The position numbers and the translations under genes were made by a program. Positions 56,647 through 64,000 of a stretch of DNA of 64,000 bases are shown in pieces. Every line of letters begins with the position of its first letter. The stretch's first letter is position 1. Below the pieces are notes generated by a model. It did no database searches. It saw only the letters and a list, made by a program, of their open reading frames with translations, and was not told the DNA's origin. This DNA is from Diadema antillarum. Lineage: Eukaryota. The DNA is taken from NCBI RefSeq assembly GCF_040938485.1, contig NW_027270992.1, forward strand, positions 5,890,001 through 5,954,000. Direction: 5' to 3'.

Positions 56647-57010
56647 CACTGATCGTCCGAGACCAATGGTATGAAAACACACCTTTTGTCCGAGGACAAA
56701 ATCTACGTCCGAGGACGTAACATGCTGTCCTCGGAAGGAATAGACGTGCAAAATGATATTCTACGTCCGAGGACGCATCTGACCCGATATTCGGCTTGTC
56801 CTCGGACGTTCGAAAAGTATGAAGTTGACACACATAACACTCCCGTCGATGCAGCAACGTGTGTGAAAGAAAAAGTTAAGAGCGCCCCCTGTGAACACAC
56901 AGATCCTGGCGATCGCGCACGCGATTAAGCAGTGCTGCAGCTAGCTAGCGCTAGGGCGCTAGCGCGCGCTTCGCTAGCGATCAGCGATAGCGCTAGCGTG
57001 TAGCGCGCGG
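56647..57010 (+). mobile_element. Putative left end of a large DNA element carrying the SET gene
   Basis: Sharp compositional change after a (GT)n tract. It starts CACTGATCGTCCGAG, has 5-6 copies of GTCC(GA/TC)GGAC in both orientations within 160 bp, then a CpG/GCTAGC-rich promoter-like block. No matching right end is seen in the window. Confidence 0.5.
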
Positions 57011-57120
57011 TAGTACGGTATACTGTAGGTGAAGTATGAGCAGCATGCACCGTATGGATCCGGATCGTAATGTGTGAAAAGAGGTTATTGAGCTCGCCTT
57101 CGAGGACCGCTTTGTCAACG

Positions 57121-57129
57121 ATGTCAATG
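57121..57129 (+). CDS. Putative start-codon mini-exon (MSM) of the SET gene
   Basis: aacgATGtcaATG|gtaaga: ATG with A at -3, then a strong phase-0 donor at 57130 matching the phase-0 acceptor at 58280. An upstream in-frame ATG at 57070 is an alternative start. Confidence 0.4.
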
Positions 57130-60100
57130 GTAAGAAAACTAGCGGTACCGTCCGCAGATCTATTCATTCTTTTATGTTTTAATGTCAAGTTTAAGATCAT
57201 AGTCATGGTGACAGAAACCACGATAATGTTGGTGTCCACTTGTTCCTTTGCACTCACGCACCTGTGTACAACATGAATGAAGCCTGAGGCTGAGGCTGAA
57301 GCTGTGAACGCCTGCTGCTAGTCTAAAATGTAATGGACGACGAACGACGTTACCAGCAGTTCACAAAGGAGACTCGATCCACTGCTTCGAAAATAATTAA
57401 TTTAAAATTGTGGGTATTAGTCAATGGAAAAGGGGTGATGATAATCACGTAATTTACGGGTAACTCAGGGAGTCATTGGCATTGGTATGCTGAGCTGTGC
57501 AAATTTAAGTGACATGCGGCCCTCTATATTTGGAGATAGAAATCACCAAGATAATCAGCAAATTCTTGGAACATATATATAATTTTTTGGCATGTACACC
57601 TGTAATGATAAAATATCCTATATCCTATTTTCAGTCCATACCTTCAATTGGATCTAAATTACCATGATCAAGTGAATTTTTAACAATATTTTTCTGATCA
57701 CTGCTCTTGTTCCTCTATATTGGAATTCATATAGAACGTCTAGATCTAGAGAACGCTACTTTTCTATTGTGAGCAATTTGCACTATGCTAGACCTGAGTG
57801 CTAGGTTATCTGATGATAACCTGGCATGAGTGTTAGTGTGCTACAGTGCTTGTGGCACAGCTCTGTAGACTGGAGTTAGACTAGGCCTACAGTACAGTCT
57901 GTTTTTACACTTATGATATAAAGACTATAGGCTAGATCAGGGGAAAAATACAGGAGGGTAAAGGCGATTTGCCCCAAAATGTGAAAAATAGCCCTTGTAA
58001 GTTGCAAAAGAGCCCCCATAAATTGCTATTAGATTCAATAGAGAATTTAATTTGGAATGAACAGAGGTAGGAAAAAATAGCCCCTCGTACAGAAAAAAGA
58101 GGGTTTTTTTCCCCTGGATTAGATATGAATAGATATTTATTAAAGATATGTTTATGTTTTAGATTCTAGAGAAAAAGTGAAAAGAAAAGAAAAGAAAAGA
58201 AATGAAATGATATATTACTTTACATATAAGTATGCAACTGGATGTTCATGTACAGCATTTCATAATCCCCTATTGACAGAGTATTCCAGGACGAAAAAAG
58301 CGGCGTGTCCGCATCTCACCCAGTCTTATGGCGGAGCATTGGTGTAAGCTGGGAAAAGATCAAGAAGGTTTCAGGAAGGTTTTTCTCAACGACAACATAG
58401 GTACACGTAGATTATTTCTTTGTAGTTTAAGGAGTGGTACGTAGTATTGAACTGGTCAATGAAGAGGTTTCAAATTTTACTGTTTCCCTGCCAACCTGTA
58501 CCATATATGAAACACTATGTGCTACTTGTGCCAAGGGCTACTTAAGGAGGGTAATCTTTCTCTGTGTAGACCCACAGGGGATCATCCTTTGTGGGGGGGG
58601 GGGGGGGATGTTGAATGTCAAGCAATCTGCACGTTTATGCCTGAGGTGCATGTATTAGACTGTCCAGGTGACCTACTTTTTGCTATCTAAACAAAGTGCA
58701 ATTGCACTCATTCACCGACATTGTTCGGGGGGGGGGGGGGGGATGTACATTGGGTTTGTGGGACTTTGCATTCCTAACTCCTCTGGGATGAATTAACAAC
58801 AACAACAAAGATTACTGTACTAAAAAAGCACTTTTACTTTATGTTTTGTATAAGGCCTCTTGTCTTCCCCTAATAAAAAGGTTACAAAAAGAGCTAGAAA
58901 TTGACAGATAAGATAGTATATATGTACGTGTATCAAAAGGCTTATCTTGCAAGAAAGCATCATACATGTAAGTCCCTGTATTTATTTAGAAATCTCAGTG
59001 GAGTCAATGACAACATTATCCACTGGAGTTGGCTAAGTCTTTAGATATGGTAAAGTTCTGATGTTATCACAGTATGAATGGTCTCAAGAGAGGTTTCAAA
59101 TTTTACTGTTTCCCTGGCAACCAGTACCATATGTGAAACACTTTATATGCTACTTGTTAGAAACCGGAATGGTATAAATAAATTTGTAAAGGATGAATCA
59201 CTAAGGACTGTCCAGGGAGGCAGAAATTTCTCCTTGCCAAGGGCAGCGGGCTGTACAAGCGAGGCAAATGATAATGACCACATAACGATTTAATACATGC
59301 AAGGCCATACACAGAATTTTTTTTTTTTTTTTGGGGGGGGGAGCAAAACACATACAAACTTTGAAAACCTGAAAACGAGGGAGCGAAGTGACTGAGCTGG
59401 TCACAAGGGTGCTTTTGCATTTTTAACAGTGAAATTTGGTGCACACTTTTGATGGATTGTCTGAAAATTTTCAGTAGAAACAAATGTCAGTTTTCAAAAT
59501 TTCTGGGGGCAACACCCACCCCCCACCTCATTTCTGTGTATGGCCATGATTGCTTGAAACAGTATTGTTGAAAACTTTGTTTGCCATAAGTTTTATAAAA
59601 ATATAAATGTGTTTTAAATGTAGTTTTCCTTCTCCATTTCTAGGACATGGACTTGTGACCACAAGACCATTTCTTAAGGGAGATTTCCTGCTTGAATATC
59701 GTGGAGCTCTGTCCATTGCTAATGACGAAGATGAAGAGAATGTGGATTACATTTTCCATTTTTCTCACAGAAATACGGAGTATCGGTCAGTAATTTGAAA
59801 TAGTATATTGACTCTTATATGTTCAGTGTATGCTGGTTGATATTTGCATGCTGTAAAATTTATTATTTTAGTGTTTTGGATAGGTCAATTCTCAACAGAG
59901 CAAATAAATGCAATCCGTTAGCTACCTACCCAAAACAAGAAGAGCAAAATCCCCCCCCCCCATCACCAATCTGAAAGGGAAGATTTGATGCCATGAAATA
60001 GTTTACTAATTTATTTTACTAATTTAATTGCACTGTAAACAGATTTTCACTAGTTCATGGATAAATGTTAAGCACCTTATCAAAAGTCAGAGCCCATTTG

Positions 60101-62814
60101 GAACATGTTTTGTTAGTGTCTCTCCTGCACAGCGTCTTGCTCAAGCTCCCAAAGCTCTATGGACAGACAATAGGGGATCGGGAAAGCCGATGTAAGTAAA
60201 AGAAGAAGACGATTAAAGACGCAAGACGAGACTTTTGATAAGGTTCCTGATTCAGACATACAGACTGTGTTTCCTAAAGTGCTATGATTACTCGAAATAT
60301 GGATATGAAGAATTATTCTTTATTCCCTTTATTTTGATGTGTATTGTCTGTCATATGGTACAAAGCTAACGAATGTCCTGTTTGTTTAAATGTTGTTGTT
60401 TTTTAGGCCTCTGTAGATGAAGTCTTGAGGGAGCATTAAAACATTGCACCTTTTTATCCTTCTGTCCATCTGTCCTTCCGTCTCCAAATTGGGTTTCCAT
60501 GGGATATCGGTCTGATTTCAATAATTGTTGGTTTGGGGGAGACGAAACTAACATACAAAGGTCACACTTCATTATATTTACAAATTGGTCAAATGTGGTT
60601 TTCCATCCACAAAACTGATTAAATGATTGATGGATATTAGTATTTTTTGGTACATGTATATCACTTGTTGTTTTATAATGACCCCCCCCCCCACGAAGTC
60701 TGGAGAGTGAATTAACTTTTGCACCTGTTAGTCCGTCCATCCCCCAAATTGGTTTCCACCCGATAACTTGAAAAATATTGGACAGATTTGAATAATTTTT
60801 GTTGTGTAGGTACATCACACTAAAATACAGGTCGTTTGAATTTGGAGTCGGCAGGTCGCAACTCATTCTTTATGCGCATTGGTTTCCACACAATAAATTG
60901 ACAAATCTTGGACAGATTTAAGTAATTTTTGGTTTGTAAAATATCACACTGAAATACAGGTCAAGTTCGAATTCAAAGTTGGCAGGTCAAAGGTCACAGG
61001 TCATAATATATGCAAATTTGTTTCCATGCAATAACTTGAAAAATATTGGGCAGATTTAAGTAATTTGGAGTATAGGTAGAGCACACTAAAACAGGTCAAT
61101 TTCTAAATTCAGAGTTTGCAGGTCAGAGGTCTGAGGCCAGAGGTCACAGTCCTATATATGCAAATTGATCAACATTTTTGATGAACTTTTTCACACCAAA
61201 GAACTAAGAAATGCTTACTAATCACATTAACTTGGGCATCCGTGTCCTATGGACACAGCACAGCTTTTCTAGTTAATTTTTCATTTTAGTGCAGTGATTT
61301 ACCATTTGGGACAGATAGGGGAGTTGAAAACTTCCAGTACTGTATATAAAGTTCCTGTTCTGGGTATGTTCACTCTCTCCAGGATTGATGCATCAGATAG
61401 CAATTCTTGCCTGGCAAGGTGGGTCAACGATGAACACATCCGTCCAAATAGCATCATGAAAAAGGTCACATTTGATGATAGCTTCCCCCATCTGTGCCTG
61501 TTTGCTTTGGTGGACCTTAAAGAAGGTGTTGAACTGACATACGACTATGGAGTAGAGAATTTACCGTGGCGACAGGTAAGTGAATATATATGTTTTTGTT
61601 GCTTATTCTAGTGTATGCACTTGTTAAAAGGTGGACCTTAAATGTGAAAAACTTGCTTATAAAGTAACCTAACATTAGTAGACCTTTGACATTCAAGGTA
61701 ATTCCATTGTAAAAAAAAAAAAACCCTGCTGAACTTACGTAATACAGGTGGTCCTTACAGTGTGTAAATGACTAAACTTAGCTATAAAAAAAAGGATCTC
61801 ACTTTGATAGACAGGTCCACATTTCAGAATAAACCCTCAGAAAACGTCCTTTAGGAATATTCTGTTAAGTGGTAATTTATCAATTGTTTCAAAAAATTCC
61901 AGGGTGCTTAATGAAAAAAAAATTGTTTGCCAAACTTGATTCTCAAGTCTTCCTCCCCAATTGTTCCACCCCCCCCCCCCCCAAAAAAAAAAAACACAAA
62001 ATGGCGACAATTTTCTGCATAAATAAAACAGTGGAGAATTAAAAAGCGAGAGGAAGAGAAATAAGCAACTCAGCAATATAATGCCCTCAATCGTACAAGT
62101 ATTTTAGGAGAGAAATAATAAATTCTGACCAGTTTGATATTTAAGAATATGACCGTCTTATTTGTGCAACTATGAAACTATCAAGACAATAATGAAATGT
62201 TTTATGCCTTTTCCCATGATTGCAGTCCACTCTGGCCAAGGACACCCCAGTAAATAGAGGAAACAGCAGAAAAGATGCTCATGAAGAATCTGTGGTAAGT
62301 AATACCTGCAAAGGGTTTCTTTAGGGATCCTCAATGAATATGCTGATAGCTCAGCTATGATATATCCTCGTTTGAATATGATAATAATTTCTGTGTCAAA
62401 TTTGCAGTGTTATGTCCTCATACATTTATTGAAACAAGTTCATTGTTGTATTTGCAGTGTAATATTCTCACACATTTTTGCAAACAAGTTGATGTGTTCT
62501 GTAGTGTATCAGGGGGAGGGGGATGTCTATACCATTGCCAGCACACTGCACCAAAAATGCTAGTAGAGAGAAAGAAAAAGAAGAGAAAAGAAGAGAAATT
62601 AGCATAGGAAGCAATGTAGTGCTCCTCATTCTTATATATAAACAATTTCTTCGATGAATTTGCTGTTGTAATGTCCTCATATAGTTCTGTATTTCATTGA
62701 TGAAATGTTTTATGTCTTTTTCTTATGAATTGCAGTCCACTCTGGCCAAGGACACCCCAGTAAATGGAGGAAACAGCAAAAAAAGATGATCATGAAGATA
62801 TGGAAGAATCTGTG
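57121..62814 (+). CDS. Spliced gene (5' part) encoding a PR-Set7/SETD8(KMT5A)-like SET-domain lysine methyltransferase, probably transposon-associated; likely continues past the window end
   Basis: Hand-spliced exons 57121-57129, 58280-58400, 59644-59785 and 61383-61575 join in phases 0/1/2 with GT-AG boundaries. They give MSMSIPGRKKRRVRISPSLMAEHWCKLGKDQEGFRKVFLNDNIGHGLVTTRPFLKGDFLLEYRGALSIANDEDEENVDYIFHFSHRNTEYRIDASDSNSCLARWVNDEHIRPNSIMKKVTFDDSFPHLCLFALVDLKEGVELTYDYGVENLPWRQ. This matches SET8-family motifs (GxG, GDFxxEYxG, xDA, RxxN, PHLxLxA, ELxYDYG, PW). Confidence 0.85.
57938..58116. mobile_element. hAT-like MITE in SET gene intron 1
   Basis: ggctagat|CAGGGGAAAAA ... TTTTTCCCCTG|gattagat; 11-bp TIR and an imperfect (6/8) 8-bp TSD. 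Confidence 0.55.
58280..58400 (+). CDS. SET gene exon: basic NLS-like RKKRRVR and pre-SET segment
   Basis: ttgacag|AGT...ATA G|gtacac. The 121 nt are open (SIPGRKKRRVRISPSLMAEHWCKLGKDQEGFRKVFLNDNI). The last G joins the next exon to form I-G-H-G. Confidence 0.75.
58453..59157 (+). repeat. ~78-bp direct repeat pair in a SET gene intron (58453-58529 and 59079-59157)
   Basis: Shared AGAGGTTTCAAATTTTACTGTTTCCCTG.CAACC.GTACCATAT.TGAAACACT...GCTACTTGT. Confidence 0.8.
59644..59785 (+). CDS. SET gene exon: N-terminal half of SET domain
   Basis: ttttccttctccatttctag|GACATGG...TATCG|gtcagt; encodes GHGLVTTRPFLKGDFLLEYRG...DYIFHF (core of ORF 59607..59798). Confidence 0.9.
60399..60670 (+). mobile_element. 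Older 5' fragment of a related HINE-like element directly upstream of the 60671 copy
   Basis: Parallel head: ttttttaggcc...gaagtct...ttgcacct...ctgtccatctgtcc...caaattgggtttcc. Confidence 0.45.
60671..61274 (+). mobile_element. Helentron-associated interspersed element (HINE; Tsp/CvA/DINE-1-type architecture) in a SET gene intron
   Basis: T-rich 5' end with ATGACCCC, a GTCC microsatellite seed, three ~135-bp core repeats (60751, 60881, 61020), 3' GGGCAT, a GTGTCC-TAT-GGACAC hairpin and a CTAGTT end. Confidence 0.65.
61383..61575 (+). CDS. SET gene exon: C-terminal half of SET domain
   Basis: cactctctccag|GATTGAT...CGACAG|gtaagt; encodes IDAS...RWVNDEH...PHLCLFA...ELTYDYG...LPWRQ (core of ORF 61294..61611). 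Confidence 0.92.
62226..62294 (+). CDS. SET gene downstream phase-0 mini-exon (STLAKDTPVNRGNSRKDAHEESV)
   Basis: ccttttcccatgattgcag|TCC...GTG|gtaagt; 69 nt, open, symmetric phase 0, compatible with the preceding exon. Confidence 0.6.
62736..62814 (+). CDS. Duplicate mini-exon with an apparent +1 frameshift in an A7 run
   Basis: A near-identical copy of 62226-62294 with the same splice sites. It is 79 nt long; removing one A restores STLAKDTPVNGGNSKKDDHEDMEESV. Confidence 0.45.
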
Positions 62815-64000
62815 GTAAGTAATACCTGCAAAGGATTTCTATAGGGATCCTCAATAAATATGCTGATAGCTCAGCTATGGTATGTCCTCGTTTGAATATG
62901 ATATCTATTTCTGTGTCAAATTTGCAGTGTTATGTCCTCTTACATTTATTGGAACAAGTTCATTGTTGTATTTGCAGTGTAATATTCTCACACATTTTTG
63001 CAAACAAGTTGTGTGTTCTTTAGTGTATCAGGGGAGGGGCATGTCTATACCATTGCCAGCACACTGCACCAAAAGTGCAATGGAGAGAAAGAAAAAGAAG
63101 AGAAATTAGCATAGGGAGCAACGTAATGTCCTCATTCATAAATGTAAACAATTTCTGTGTAAAATTTGCAGTGTAATGTCCTCATACATTTATTGAAACA
63201 AGTTCAATGTTGCATTTGCAGTGTAATATTCTCACTCATTTATTTCTCTCCGAAACTACTTTGTTCTTTAGAGTCAATGGGAGGGGGAGAGGGGGAGGGG
63301 GGAGGGGGAGGGAGAAGGGGTATGTCTACACCCTTGCCAGCACACTGCACCAATAATGCAGTAGAGAGAAGAAAAAGAAGAGAAAAGAAGAGAAATTAGC
63401 ATAGGGAGCAATGTTGTGTCCTCGTTCATATATGTAAACAATTTCTGTGTCAAATTTGCAGACCTGTGTAATGTCCTCATACATCTATTGAAATAAGTTC
63501 AATGTTGCATTTGCAGTGTGTAATATTCTCACTCATTTATGCAAACAAGTGCTGTGTTCTTTAGTGTATAGGGGAGGGGGAGGGGGTATGTCTACACCCT
63601 TGCCAGCCAGCACTGCTTCAAAAATGCAGGAGAGAGAAAGAAAAAGAAGAGAAAAGAAGAGAAATTAGCATAGGAAGCAATGTAATGTCCTCATTCATAT
63701 ATATAAACAATTTCTGTGGAGTGTAATATCCTCATACATTTATTGAAACAAGTTCAATGTTGCATTTGCAGTGTAATAATCTCACATATTTATGCAAACA
63801 AGTGCTGTGTTCTGAAGTGTATCGCGGTGGGGGGGGGGGGGGGGGGAGGGGGAGGGGCTTGTCTACACCATTGCCAGCACACTGCACCAAAAATGCAATA
63901 GAGAAAAGAAAAAGAAGAGATATTAGCATAGGAAGCAATATAATGTCCTCATTCACTATATGTAAACAATTTCTGTGTCAAAATTTGCAGTTTTTATGTC

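Larger units (their letters stand above)
62192..64000 (+). repeat. Intronic tandem array: two ~510-bp exon-bearing units, then ~250-290-bp exon-less units running to the window end
   Basis: The motif CCAGCACACTGCACCAAAAATGC / GAGAAATTAGCATAGGAAGCAATG / TTGAAACAAGTTCA recurs five times (about 62540, 63055, 63335, 63605, 63875). Confidence 0.9.

Noticed and set aside
56647-56660. CACTGAT as an RSS-like heptamer (RAG/ProtoRAG transposon)
   Set aside because: No nonamer-like element and no RAG1/RAG2-like coding sequence in the window.
56684-56810. Repeated palindromes superficially like a CRISPR array
   Set aside because: Units are 10-18 bp with irregular spacing, the context is eukaryotic and there are no cas genes; better explained as subterminal transposon motifs.
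60366-60866. 166-aa antisense ORF in the SET intron
   Set aside because: Lies within HINE-like repeats and is not a plausible protein.
1003-61345. TACAGTA/TACTGTA as Tc1/mariner excision footprints
   Set aside because: The count appears close to what base composition predicts, unlike TAGGCCTA.
3063-63852. Numerous poly-C/poly-G homopolymers as a special G4 system
   Set aside because: Abundant throughout, with no positional pattern I could support; probably a lineage-typical slippage feature.

Overview
AT-rich eukaryotic (metazoan) genomic DNA. The repeat families, long poly-C/G runs and microsatellites suggest an echinoderm or other marine deuterostome, but that is inference. It has three assembly gaps. 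About 56 kb is intron/gene-desert-like: many MITE-type transposon relics (Kolobok-like TTAA, piggyBac-like TTAA, TA-flanked, hAT-like, Helentron-like), CpG-rich islands that look like cis-regulatory modules, and a few isolated splice-bounded segments of an unidentifiable, probably minus-strand, host transcript. The only confidently coding sequence is a spliced plus-strand gene from about 57.1 kb. Three phase-compatible GT-AG exons (58280-58400, 59644-59785, 61383-61575) encode a complete PR-Set7/SETD8-like SET domain with a variant NH->ND motif, followed by tandem-duplicated mini-exons. It lies just inside what looks like a transposon left end (CACTG plus an array of GTCC-GA-GGAC palindromes at 56647-56810), so it may be a histone methyltransferase carried by a mobile element that continues beyond the window. 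No rRNA, tRNA or CRISPR features were seen. Nearly all ORF-track entries are spurious.
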